NCBI GenBank assembly: GCA_040386535.1
Contig: JAZKFH010000025.1
Location: forward strand, 140,994 to 204,993
Length of the DNA: 64,000 bases
Direction of reading: 5' to 3'
From: Myxococcota bacterium
GTDB lineage: Bacteria; Myxococcota_A; UBA796; SXON01
Shown: positions 1 through 10,629 of the stretch, piece after piece
How the letters are laid out: every line of letters begins with the position of its first letter
Position numbering within the stretch: position 1 is the first letter of the stretch
Notes under the pieces: model-generated
Told to the model about the DNA's origin: nothing
Databases searched by the model: none
The model's input: only the letters and a program-made list of their open reading frames with translations
Made by a program: the position numbers and the translations under genes

Positions 1-1531
<1,531 letters not shown>

Positions 1532-1533
1532 TC

Positions 1534-1878
1534 ATGTCCACCCCCGACGGTCTCCTCGTCTCGCTACAAGCCGCCCCCGGCGGTGGAGGCAGCTTCGTGT
1601 CCAGCCTCGTCCTGATGGTGGCCTTCGTCGCCATCTTCTACTTCGTGATGCTCCGCCCCCAGCAGAAGGAGGCCAAGGAGCAGGCCGCGCTGCTCGCCTC
1701 CATCCAGAAGGGGGATCGCGTCATCACCGCCTCCGGCCTCCACGGGAAGGTGCAGGAGGTCAAGGCGGACACGCTGCAGCTCGAGATTGCGCCCACCGTG
1801 TTCGTCACGGTCGACCGTGAGTCGGTGCGCCGCAAGGTGGACACGACCAAGGTCGAGACCCCGACGAAGGGGGCGTGA
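1534..1878 (+). CDS. yajC: preprotein translocase subunit YajC
   Basis: Single TM helix then FYFVMLRPQQK and KGDRVITASGLHG; tgt-yajC-secD synteny; ATG at 1534. Confidence 0.95.
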   Translation: MSTPDGLLVSLQAAPGGGGSFVSSLVLMVAFVAIFYFVMLRPQQKEAKEQAALLASIQKGDRVITASGLHGKVQEVKADTLQLEIAPTVFVTVDRESVRRKVDTTKVETPTKGA

Positions 1879-3656
1879 TGGAAGGCGGTCTGATCGCACG
1901 CCTCGTCGCTTGTGTGGCGGCGGTGCTCCTCGCCGTGTGGCTCCTGCTCCCGACGATCCTCAACTCCGAGGCCTTCATCGGCCCCTCGGTCAAGGCGAAC
2001 CTGGAGCTCGAGGCCGAACGCGCCAAGATGGAGGAACCGCCGCCGCTGGAGAAGCCGTTCCCCGCCTACGTGGACTGGCTCCCGAACCTGTTCGTCAACC
2101 TCGGGCTCGATCTGCAAGGCGGCATCGATCTCACGCTCACCGTCGAGGCCGATCAGGCCGTGCTCGCCACCGTCCAGCGTGACGTTGTGCCCGTGAAGAC
2201 CGCGGCGGAGAAGGACGGGGTCAAGCTCGCGGACGTGAAGCGGGATCGCCGTCGGCCGGCCCTGTTGATCCTCCCCGGGGAGGGTGTGGGCCTCGACAGT
2301 GTGCAGAGCTTCCTGCGCAAGCGGTTCTCCGCCTACGCGTACGACCACACCGAGACGATCGAGGGCAAGGACTGGCTCGTGTTCGGGCTGACGGAGCAGT
2401 CCCAGGACGAGATCGCCAAGAACGCGGTGGATCAGGCGCTCGAGACCATCCGGAACCGCATCGACGAGACCGGCGTGAAGGAGCCCTCCATCACGCGCAA
2501 GGGCGAGCGGGACATCGCCATCCAGCTCCCCGGCGAGACCGACGTGGAGAAGGCCGTCGCCATCGTCGGGCAGACCGCGCGCCTCGAGTTCATGCTGGTC
2601 GACGAGCAGGCTGACCCCACCGCCCTCGAGGCGGGGCTCGCCGCCGCCCAGGCGGCGCTCAGCGCCGAAGATTACGCTGACGACCGCCGGCTCTCCGAGT
2701 GGCTCACGGACAACGGCCACCTCGCGCCGGGCCGCCTCCTCCTCTGGGAGTACGCGAAGGCCAAGGGTGTCGAGACCCGCACGGTCCCCCTCGTCCTCAA
2801 GGAGGAGGTGATCCTCTCCGGCGACGACGTGAACGACGCGCAGACCAGCCCCAACCCGCAGACCGGCGAGTACTACGTCGCGCTCGAGTTCAAGCCCCGC
2901 GGTCAGGCGATCTTCGCCGACGTGACGGGTGAGAACGTCGGGAAGCGGTTCGCCATCGTGCTCGACGACCAGGTCCGCTCGGCCCCGCAGATCCGCGAGC
3001 GCATCAACGGAACCGCCAGCATCTCCATGGGCGGGCAGAACATCGACGAGCAGATCAAGGAAGCGGGCATGCTCGCGCTGGTCCTGCGGTCGGGCGCCCT
3101 GCCCGCGCCGGTGAGCGTCGGCGAGGTGCGTACCGTCGGTGCATCCCTGGGCGCCCAGGCCATCGACGAGGGGCTCCTCGCCGCCCTTCTCGGCTGCAGC
3201 TTCGTGCTGATCTTCGCCGCCGTCTACTACAAGGTCAGCGGGCTCGTCGCGGACCTCACCCTCGTCATCAACGGGGTGATCCTGGTCGCGATGCTCGCGT
3301 TGGCGGGCGCGACGCTCACGCTGCCGGGCATCTGCGGCATCGCGTTGACGATCGGCATGGCTGTCGACTGCAACATCATCATCTTCGAGCGCATCCGCGA
3401 GGAGCTCCGCGCGGGCAAGTCGATCCGGGCGGCGATCGACGCCGGCTTCGATCGCGCGACCGTCGCGGTGGTCGACAGCAACATCACGACGCTCCTCGCG
3501 GGCGTGGTGCTCTACAGCTACGGCTCGGGCCCCATCAAGGGCTTCGCGGTCACCCTGATGATCGGCATCTTCACGACGTTGTTCACCGGTGTGTTCGTCT
3601 CCCGGACGCTCATGGACCTGGTCAACCGCGGGCAGCGCGCCCGCATGAGCATCTGA
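1875..3656 (+). CDS. secD: protein translocase subunit SecD
   Basis: LGLDLQGG, IRNRIDETGVKEP, LTLPGICGIALTIGMAVDCNIIIFERIREE. Confidence 0.97.
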   Translation: MMEGGLIARLVACVAAVLLAVWLLLPTILNSEAFIGPSVKANLELEAERAKMEEPPPLEKPFPAYVDWLPNLFVNLGLDLQGGIDLTLTVEADQAVLATVQRDVVPVKTAAEKDGVKLADVKRDRRRPALLILPGEGVGLDSVQSFLRKRFSAYAYDHTETIEGKDWLVFGLTEQSQDEIAKNAVDQALETIRNRIDETGVKEPSITRKGERDIAIQLPGETDVEKAVAIVGQTARLEFMLVDEQADPTALEAGLAAAQAALSAEDYADDRRLSEWLTDNGHLAPGRLLLWEYAKAKGVETRTVPLVLKEEVILSGDDVNDAQTSPNPQTGEYYVALEFKPRGQAIFADVTGENVGKRFAIVLDDQVRSAPQIRERINGTASISMGGQNIDEQIKEAGMLALVLRSGALPAPVSVGEVRTVGASLGAQAIDEGLLAALLGCSFVLIFAAVYYKVSGLVADLTLVINGVILVAMLALAGATLTLPGICGIALTIGMAVDCNIIIFERIREELRAGKSIRAAIDAGFDRATVAVVDSNITTLLAGVVLYSYGSGPIKGFAVTLMIGIFTTLFTGVFVSRTLMDLVNRGQRARMSI

Positions 3657-3665
3657 GGTGCGCCC

Positions 3666-4877
3666 ATGATGGAGCTTCTCCCCAAGGACCTCTACATCGA
3701 CTTCGTCGGCAAGAGGAACTTCTTCTCGGGCATCTCGGCGCTCATGGTGCTGATCAGCATCCTGTTGTTCGTGTTCGTCGGCCCCAACTGGAGCATCGAC
3801 TTCACCGGCGGCACGGAAGTGCAGATGCACTTCAAGGAGTCGACCGACATCGGCGATGTCCGTGAGGCGCTCGGCACCATCGGGATCAGCGAGGACTCGA
3901 TCCAGCTCGTCGGCCCTGCTTCCGACAATCGCTACCTCGTGCGCCTGCAGGGCGCGTCGAGCGCGAACCAAGGTGAGGTCGACGCCGTCCGGAGCGCCCT
4001 CGTCGCCGGGTTCGGCGCCGACTGGATCGAGGAATTCGATGTCGACGAGGAGGTCGGCACGCGGGCCTCCGTCTCCTACAAGGGTCCCGCCATCCCGCTG
4101 GACCGCATCACCGCCGCGCTCGCGTCGCTACCCGGCGTCAAGGTGCAGTCCTCCCCCGAGGAGAACGAGTTCTACGCGCGCCTGCCCGGTGTGGCCGAGG
4201 AGATCCGCGCCACACTCGCCAAGGAGCTGGCGGGCCATGACTTCGAGCTCGAGCGCACCGACTCCGTGGGGCCGAAGGTCGGCGGGAACCTGCGTGCCGC
4301 GGGCCTCACGTCGATGGTCGTGACGATGGTGCTGCTCACCATCTACGTCGGCGTCCGCTTCGACTTCGCGTTCGCGCCCGGCGCCATCCTCTGCCTGTTC
4401 CACGACGCGGCGCTCACGTGCGGCTTCTTCGTGCTCACGCAGCAGGAGTTCGGCCTGTCGATGATCAGCGCGATCCTGACGCTCGTCGGGTACTCCATCA
4501 ACGACACGATCGTCATCTACGATCGAATCCGCGAGAACATGGAGAAGTACCGCAAGCAGGACCTCCACAAGCTCATCAACGACAGCATCAACCAGACGCT
4601 CTCGCGGTCGATCATCACCAACGGCGCCACCGCGCTCGCGCTCGTGCCGTTCCTGATCTGGGGTGGGTCGGTCCTGCGCACGTTCGCCACCGCGATGATC
4701 ATCGGCATCATCGTCGGCAGCTACTCGACCATCTACGTCGCCAGCCCGCTGATGATCATCATCAAGGAGAACCAGGACAGCATCCTGCGCCTCTTCGGGT
4801 TGAACAAGAAGCCGCCCTCCGGCCCCGCAGCCGGGAGCCCCGACGCATCGGCCGTCTCCGCGCCCCTTTCGCCTTGA
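3666..4877 (+). CDS. secF: protein translocase subunit SecF
   Basis: IDFTGGT, VGPKVG, GYSINDTIVIYDRIREN; follows secD. Confidence 0.96.
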   Translation: MMELLPKDLYIDFVGKRNFFSGISALMVLISILLFVFVGPNWSIDFTGGTEVQMHFKESTDIGDVREALGTIGISEDSIQLVGPASDNRYLVRLQGASSANQGEVDAVRSALVAGFGADWIEEFDVDEEVGTRASVSYKGPAIPLDRITAALASLPGVKVQSSPEENEFYARLPGVAEEIRATLAKELAGHDFELERTDSVGPKVGGNLRAAGLTSMVVTMVLLTIYVGVRFDFAFAPGAILCLFHDAALTCGFFVLTQQEFGLSMISAILTLVGYSINDTIVIYDRIRENMEKYRKQDLHKLINDSINQTLSRSIITNGATALALVPFLIWGGSVLRTFATAMIIGIIVGSYSTIYVASPLMIIIKENQDSILRLFGLNKKPPSGPAAGSPDASAVSAPLSP

Positions 4878-4926
4878 CCCCCCCTCCTGGCGCCGGTATA
4901 CAGCGGCCAAACCATTCGAGTTTCTG

Positions 4927-5220
4927 ATGACGAAGAGCGAGCTGGTCGACGCGGTGGCCCGCCGGCAGAACCTCCCCCGACAAACGGCCGAGCGTGTGGT
5001 CAACGTCCTGTTCGACTCCATCCGGGACGCCCTCCTTCGGGGCGACCGGGTGGAGATCCGCGGGTTCGGGTCGTTCAAGGCGCGGCATTATGAGGGCTAC
5101 ACGGGGAGGAATCCCCGTACCGGGGTGCCGATCTTCGTGTCGCCGAAGGTCTTGCCGGTCTTCAAGGTCGGCAAGGACCTCAGGATCCGGGTAAATGGGG
5201 GCATGGACCCCGAGGAATGA
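4927..5220 (+). CDS. ihfB: integration host factor beta / HU-family DNA-binding protein
   Basis: MTKSELV, RVEIRGFGSF, GRNPRTG, PVFKVGK. Confidence 0.8.
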   Translation: MTKSELVDAVARRQNLPRQTAERVVNVLFDSIRDALLRGDRVEIRGFGSFKARHYEGYTGRNPRTGVPIFVSPKVLPVFKVGKDLRIRVNGGMDPEE

Positions 5221-5807
5221 TCCCCTTCGCGCTGTTGGTGCCGGCCGTGTTCGCCGGCAGTGTCTACATCAACGGTGTGCGGGCCGATCTCCTGCCCGAG
5301 GTGACCGTCACCAACGCGACCGTCCGGTTCGATGGCCAGGGCAACGTGTGGATCGACGCCCCCGGCTACCGGGTCCAGGTGGTGCAGCCCGGCGAAGATG
5401 CCGGGCCGGGCCCGTCGGCCCCCGCCACGTCCTCGCCGTCCTCGGCCACTTCGTCGAACGCGCGGGTCGGTTCGGGCGCCTGGTGGCTCGTGACGGAGGA
5501 CAACGGCTCCTCCGGGCACACGCTAGAGGTGGTGGTCAACGGCACGCTCGTCCGTCGCATCGCGTCAGGCGAGCCCCAGCTGATCTTCGACCTCGGCCCC
5601 TTCCTGCGGGCCGGCAGCAACCTCGTCGTGATCAACGCCCTGGCCGGGTCCACGCCCAGCGGCGGCGCGCTCACGGTGTACGTCGGCCGGGGCAACAACC
5701 TCTCCGGTACCATCCGCCTCGACAACCCCGACGTCTCCTACAGCCGACGCGCCTCAGACGGGGCGAACGGCGGCGGCGGGCGTCAATACACCCTCACCGT
5801 TCCCTGA
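5217..5807 (+). CDS. hypothetical secreted beta-rich protein
   Basis: ATGA overlap with ihfB; signal-peptide-like N-terminus; two beta-rich segments separated by a Ser/Pro/Ala linker. Confidence 0.75.
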   Translation: MIPFALLVPAVFAGSVYINGVRADLLPEVTVTNATVRFDGQGNVWIDAPGYRVQVVQPGEDAGPGPSAPATSSPSSATSSNARVGSGAWWLVTEDNGSSGHTLEVVVNGTLVRRIASGEPQLIFDLGPFLRAGSNLVVINALAGSTPSGGALTVYVGRGNNLSGTIRLDNPDVSYSRRASDGANGGGGRQYTLTVP

Positions 5808-5871
5808 CCCGAAGGCTTCCTGACTCCCAGGCGGCCTGTTCACAGTCCCCTGAACCTCGCGCGGAGCACTG

Positions 5872-7239
5872 GTGGCAGCATCTCTTCATCACCGGGGAAC
5901 GGAAAAGCGCACCTACGTCCTGGACACGAACGTGCTCCTGCACGATCCGGGTGCGTTGCTGGTCTTTCACGAGCATGATCTCGTCATCCCGATCACCGTC
6001 ATCGAGGAGGTCGACAAGTTCAAGCGCGAGCTGACTGAGCTCGGCCGCGCCGCGCGCACGGTGTCACGCCAGCTCGACGGGATGCGCGCCACCGGCCGCA
6101 TCCGTGAAGGCGTGCCGCTCCCCGGCGGAGGCAAGCTCCGTGTCGAGTTGGGCCAGGTGGGCGACGTGGGTGAGCTCTTCGCCGGCGCCGCGCACACCAA
6201 CGACAACGTCATCCTCCAGACCGCCATGAAGCTCCATCGCGAGGCCAAGAACGGCACCGTGATCTTCGTCAGCCGCGACGTCAACATGCGCATCAAGGCC
6301 GACGCGCTCGGCATGCTGGCGGAGGACTACGAGCACGCTCACGTCGACATCGACGAGGCCTACACCGGCGTCATCGAGCGCGAGGTCGACGGCGACGTGG
6401 TGAGCGAGATGTACAACAAGGGATGGATGGCGGAGGAGGGCGTCGGCATCTGCCCCCACCAGTTCGTCATCCTCAAGAACGCCTCGCAGCCGGGCCAGAC
6501 GGCGATGACCCGGTACGACGCGAAGCAGAAGCGCTTGCTGCTCGTCGGTCGGTACAAGGAGGGCGTGTGGGGCATCTTCGCCCGCAATCGCGAGCAGCTC
6601 TTCGCTCTCGACCTGCTGCTCGACGACACGGTCCCCCTCGTGACGCTCGACGGCATGGCCGGCACCGGAAAGACCCTGCTCGCCATCGCCTGCGGCCTCC
6701 AGCGCGTGGCCGACGACAAGCATTACCGCCGCCTCGTGGTGGCGCGCCCGATCTTCCCGCTCGGCAAGGACGTGGGCTTCCTCCCCGGCACGCTCGAGGA
6801 GAAGCTCAACCCCTGGATGAAGCCCATCTTCGACAACCTCGACCTGCTGCTCGGCGGCGAAGAGGGGCGGGAGAACCCGGGCCGCGGTGGGAAGAACGCA
6901 CCTCCCAACTACCAGGCGTTGATCGACCAGAAGATCATCGAGGTCGAGCCGCTCACCTACATCCGCGGGCGCAGCCTGCCCCGCCAGTACCTCGTGATCG
7001 ACGAGGCGCAGAACCTCACCCCGCATGAGGTCAAGACCGTCATCACGCGCGCGGGAGAGGGCACGAAGGTGATCCTCACGGGCGATCGCTACCAGATCGA
7101 CAATCCCTACGTGGACGCCACGTCCAACGGCTTGTCCTACGTGGTCGAGCGCTTCCGCACCTCGCCGATGGCCGGGCACGTCACGCTCCGGAAGGGCGAG
7201 CGCAGTCCGCTCGCCGAGACGGCGGCGTCGCTTCTCTGA
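5872..7239 (+). CDS. PIN-PhoH fusion protein (PhoH2/YlaK-type)
   Basis: N-terminal PIN motif YVLDTNVLLHDP; GMAGTGKT Walker A, GFLPG, YIRGRS, IDEAQN. Confidence 0.93.
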   Translation: MAASLHHRGTEKRTYVLDTNVLLHDPGALLVFHEHDLVIPITVIEEVDKFKRELTELGRAARTVSRQLDGMRATGRIREGVPLPGGGKLRVELGQVGDVGELFAGAAHTNDNVILQTAMKLHREAKNGTVIFVSRDVNMRIKADALGMLAEDYEHAHVDIDEAYTGVIEREVDGDVVSEMYNKGWMAEEGVGICPHQFVILKNASQPGQTAMTRYDAKQKRLLLVGRYKEGVWGIFARNREQLFALDLLLDDTVPLVTLDGMAGTGKTLLAIACGLQRVADDKHYRRLVVARPIFPLGKDVGFLPGTLEEKLNPWMKPIFDNLDLLLGGEEGRENPGRGGKNAPPNYQALIDQKIIEVEPLTYIRGRSLPRQYLVIDEAQNLTPHEVKTVITRAGEGTKVILTGDRYQIDNPYVDATSNGLSYVVERFRTSPMAGHVTLRKGERSPLAETAASLL

Positions 7240-7240
7240 C

Positions 7241-7894
7241 GTGATCCTCCATCGCTTCGAGACCGTGGCTTCCACGCAGATCGTGGCGCGGGAGCTGGCG
7301 GAGGCCGGGGCGCCTCACGGCACGGTCGTGCTCGCGGAGGAGCAGACCGCGGGCCGGGGGCGCCTCGATCGTCGCTGGGACAGCGCCCGTGGGCTGAACC
7401 TGACGTTCACGCTCGTGTTGCGCCCGCGCATCGCGGCGCGGGACGCCCCCCTCCTCACGCTCGGGGCCGCCGCAGGCCTCGCGGTGGCGTTCGACCTGCG
7501 CGTGAAGTGGCCGAACGATTTGGTGACGGGGGAGGGGAGGAAGGTCGCCGGCCTCCTCGCGGAGATGGACACCGTCGGCGATCGCGTCGGGTTCGTGCTC
7601 CTCGGCGTGGGCCTGAACGTCAACCAGGTGAGCTTCCCCGCGGCGCTTCCGAACGCGACAAGCCTCGCGACGATTTCGGGCCCACAAGACCGTGACGAAG
7701 TGTTGGAACGCGCCATCGCGTCGATCCTCGCGTGGTCCGAGCACCCCGACCGGCTGACCCTGTGGCGCCAGCGCGCCCACACGCTCGGCAAACACGTGCG
7801 CATTGGTCCTACGGAGGGGATCGCCACGGCTTTGCGCGACGACGGCGCGCTCATCGTCGGCGGCGTGCCCGTGCTCGCGGGCGAGATCGGCTGA
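7241..7894 (+). CDS. birA: biotin--[acetyl-CoA carboxylase] ligase (no HTH domain)
   Basis: QTAGRGRLDRRW, KWPND, KVAGLL, GVGLNV. Confidence 0.93.
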   Translation: MILHRFETVASTQIVARELAEAGAPHGTVVLAEEQTAGRGRLDRRWDSARGLNLTFTLVLRPRIAARDAPLLTLGAAAGLAVAFDLRVKWPNDLVTGEGRKVAGLLAEMDTVGDRVGFVLLGVGLNVNQVSFPAALPNATSLATISGPQDRDEVLERAIASILAWSEHPDRLTLWRQRAHTLGKHVRIGPTEGIATALRDDGALIVGGVPVLAGEIG

Positions 7895-7897
7895 CCT

Positions 7898-8527
7898 TCA
7901 GGGCAGGTACGCCGTCTCTCCGAACGACTCGATCACCGCGCCCGCGTCCGCGAGGAGGACGCGCGAGTGGCTCGCGTAGGACGGCGCCCAACGCAGCGCC
8001 TGATCGGGACCCAAGCCGAGCCAATGACACGCGAGGGCGCGGATGACGCCGATGTGGGTCACGACGACGACGCGCTGATCGGCGAACTCCTGGGCATCCC
8101 ACCACGTGGTTGCGCGGGCGAAACACTCGCCGTAGCTCTCGCCGCCGGGCGGGCGCGCGTTCACGTAGTCGTCCCAGTAGGCGGTGGTGCCGGCGGGATC
8201 GTCGATCGTGAGGTCCTCCCAGCCACGGCCATCCCACCGCCCCATGTCCTGCTCGCGGAGGGCGGGCACGAGGATCGGGGTGGGGGACAGATGGCGCGCG
8301 AGGGTGGTGCAGCGGGAGAGGTCGCTCGTGATGACCACGTCGGGAGCGGGGTACGCACGGCGGAGCCACTCCGCGGCCGCGGCGCTCTGGGCCTCGCCCC
8401 GCGGCGAGAGCCGCGCATCGGACTGACCGCGACATACACGGCTGCCCGCCACCTCGCCGTGCCGGAACAGGTGGACACGGACGACGGACGCGGAGGGGAT
8501 GATCCGCATGGTGGGCTTGTCGAACAT
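7898..8527 (-). CDS. histidine phosphatase family protein (CobC/GpmB-like)
   Basis: LFRHG, SDLSRC, LREQDMGRWDG, PPGGES, VTHIGVIR; start uncertain (8527 or 8509). Confidence 0.88.
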   Translation of the reverse strand: MFDKPTMRIIPSASVVRVHLFRHGEVAGSRVCRGQSDARLSPRGEAQSAAAAEWLRRAYPAPDVVITSDLSRCTTLARHLSPTPILVPALREQDMGRWDGRGWEDLTIDDPAGTTAYWDDYVNARPPGGESYGECFARATTWWDAQEFADQRVVVVTHIGVIRALACHWLGLGPDQALRWAPSYASHSRVLLADAGAVIESFGETAYLP

Positions 8528-8567
8528 CGTCCGCCGGTTATCCCGGCGCTCCCGGTTCAGGAGATTG

Positions 8568-9332
8568 ATGCTGCTGGTCGTCGACGTAGGCAACACCAAC
8601 ACCGTGATCGGCCTGTTCGACGGGCCCCGCGTCACCCACCACTGGCGCATCTCGACGCTTCAGCGCACGACGGACGAGTTCGGCATCTTGTTGCTGCAGC
8701 TCCTCGCCCACCAGAAGGTGGCGCCCGCCGACATCTCGGGGGTGGCCGTGTGCACCGTGGTGCCGTCGGTCCTGTACGCCATCGAGAAGGGCGTGCGCCG
8801 GTATCTCGACGTGACCGCGCGTGTGCTCGACCACAAGAGCGCCCTCGGCTTCCCGGTCCACATCGACAACCCGCGCGAGCTCGGTCCTGACCGCGTGGTC
8901 AACGCTGTCGCGGCGATGGAGCGGCACGCGCCTCCGTTCCTCATCGTCGACTTCGGCACGGCGACCACCTTCGACTGCGTGGACGCGTCGGGCGCCTACG
9001 TCGGCGGCGCGATCGCGCCCGGCCTCCAGATCTCGGCGGACGCCTTGTTCTCGAAGACCGCGCGGCTGCCCCGCGTCGAGGTGCAACGGCCCGACGTCGC
9101 CATCGGTCGGAACACGACAGCGGCGATGCAGTCGGGCGTGTTCTGGGGCTATGTCAGCCTCGTGGACGGGCTGGCGCGCCGCTGCAAGGACGAGCTCGGC
9201 GGAGAGGTGCACTGCATCGCGACGGGCGGGCTCTCCAACCTGGTCGGGCGGGCGTGCAAGGAGATCGACGAGGTCGACGAGCATCTGACCCTCCACGGCC
9301 TCCGGCTGTGGTTCGAACGGGGCGCTCCATGA
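8568..9332 (+). CDS. coaX: type III pantothenate kinase
   Basis: MLLVVDVGNTNT, LGPDR, VDFGTATTFD, GGAIAPG, IATGG. Confidence 0.95.
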   Translation: MLLVVDVGNTNTVIGLFDGPRVTHHWRISTLQRTTDEFGILLLQLLAHQKVAPADISGVAVCTVVPSVLYAIEKGVRRYLDVTARVLDHKSALGFPVHIDNPRELGPDRVVNAVAAMERHAPPFLIVDFGTATTFDCVDASGAYVGGAIAPGLQISADALFSKTARLPRVEVQRPDVAIGRNTTAAMQSGVFWGYVSLVDGLARRCKDELGGEVHCIATGGLSNLVGRACKEIDEVDEHLTLHGLRLWFERGAP

Positions 9333-10540
9333 GCGACATTCCCTGGGCCAAGCTCGGCATCCCCGAGAGTCTCCGGCCCGTCGTCGAGCCCACCGCGCCG
9401 CAGCAGCTTCGTTTCGCGGCCGCGAAGGCGGCGCTCCCGGCCACCCCCGAAGCGCTCCTCGGCATGCTCTACGTGCTCGCGTGCGGGGAGGACGTCGAGG
9501 TGCGCGCCACCGCGCTCGAGACGTTGAAGTCCATGCCTGGCCTGTTGGAGGCGCTCTCCCAGCGTACGCACAGCAAGGTGTTGGAGCTCATCGCCACCAC
9601 GCGCCCCGACCGTGCGCTCGACGAGCGGATCATGGTCATCCGCGGCGCAAACGATCGCACCGCCACCCTCATCGCGAGCCGTGCCGACGAGGCGTTGTGC
9701 GACATCATCGCCCAGAACCACGAGCGGCTGCTGCTCACGCCGCAGGTGATCGTGGCGTTGCACCAGAACCCGCGGTGCCCAGAAGCGCCGCTGGAGCGCG
9801 CGATCGCGTTCATGCGCATGCAGCAGTGTTTGCCGGAGCTCCCCGCGTCACGCCGCGCGCCTGGGGACCCCACGCCGGCCGTCTCGCCGCAGAGCGCGGC
9901 CCATAGGGCGGCGGCCGCCCCCGCCTTCGACCTGGAAGCCGAGATCGAGGCGGCGTTGTCGGGCATGGCCTCGCCCCACCTCGAGCAGAAGTCGAAGCTC
10001 GCGCTCTTCGACCTCGACGGGGTCAAGCCCGAAGGGCTCGAGGGCTTCGCGTTCGACTTCAAGGACGATGACAACTTCTCCTTCGACCTGCTCGACGAGG
10101 GTGGGGAGGAGGGCGAAGACGCCAACATGAAGGCGAGCATCGAGAAGCGCATCGCCGCCATGAGCGTCGGCAAGAAGCTGAAGCTCGCCTACCTCGGCAA
10201 CAAGTCGGTGCGCAGCATCCTCATCCGTGACCGAAACAAGCTCGTGGCCGTGGCCGTCGTGAAGAGCGGCCGGCTCACGGACGCCGAGGTGCTCTCACAC
10301 GCGGGCAACCGCAACCTCCCCGACGAGGCGCTGCGGGAGATCGCGACAAATCGCGAGTGGACGCGGAAGTACCCGGTGAAGGTCGCCCTCGTGAACAACC
10401 CGAAGTGCCCGCCGAGCGTGGCGGTTTCGCTCGTCACGCACCTGCAGATCAAGGATCTCTCCTCCTTGTCGCGCAACCGGAACGTCTCGAGCGTCGTGTT
10501 CACCCTGGCGTTGAAGATGGCGAAGCAGAAGTCGAACTGA
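9329..10540 (+). CDS. conserved hypothetical helical-repeat protein
   Basis: ATGA overlap with coaX; acidic linker then KLKLAYLGNKSVRSILIRDRNKLV...ALVNNPKCP, resembling an uncharacterised deltaproteobacterial family. Confidence 0.8.
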   Translation: MSDIPWAKLGIPESLRPVVEPTAPQQLRFAAAKAALPATPEALLGMLYVLACGEDVEVRATALETLKSMPGLLEALSQRTHSKVLELIATTRPDRALDERIMVIRGANDRTATLIASRADEALCDIIAQNHERLLLTPQVIVALHQNPRCPEAPLERAIAFMRMQQCLPELPASRRAPGDPTPAVSPQSAAHRAAAAPAFDLEAEIEAALSGMASPHLEQKSKLALFDLDGVKPEGLEGFAFDFKDDDNFSFDLLDEGGEEGEDANMKASIEKRIAAMSVGKKLKLAYLGNKSVRSILIRDRNKLVAVAVVKSGRLTDAEVLSHAGNRNLPDEALREIATNREWTRKYPVKVALVNNPKCPPSVAVSLVTHLQIKDLSSLSRNRNVSSVVFTLALKMAKQKSN

Positions 10541-10629
10541 ACATTTGTTCCGGGTATGGGCGGCGGTACCCGGGACAGGGAGCAGGCGGCGTGCTACGCG
10601 GGGAATCCAGGCGGCGATCCGGGCCGCCC

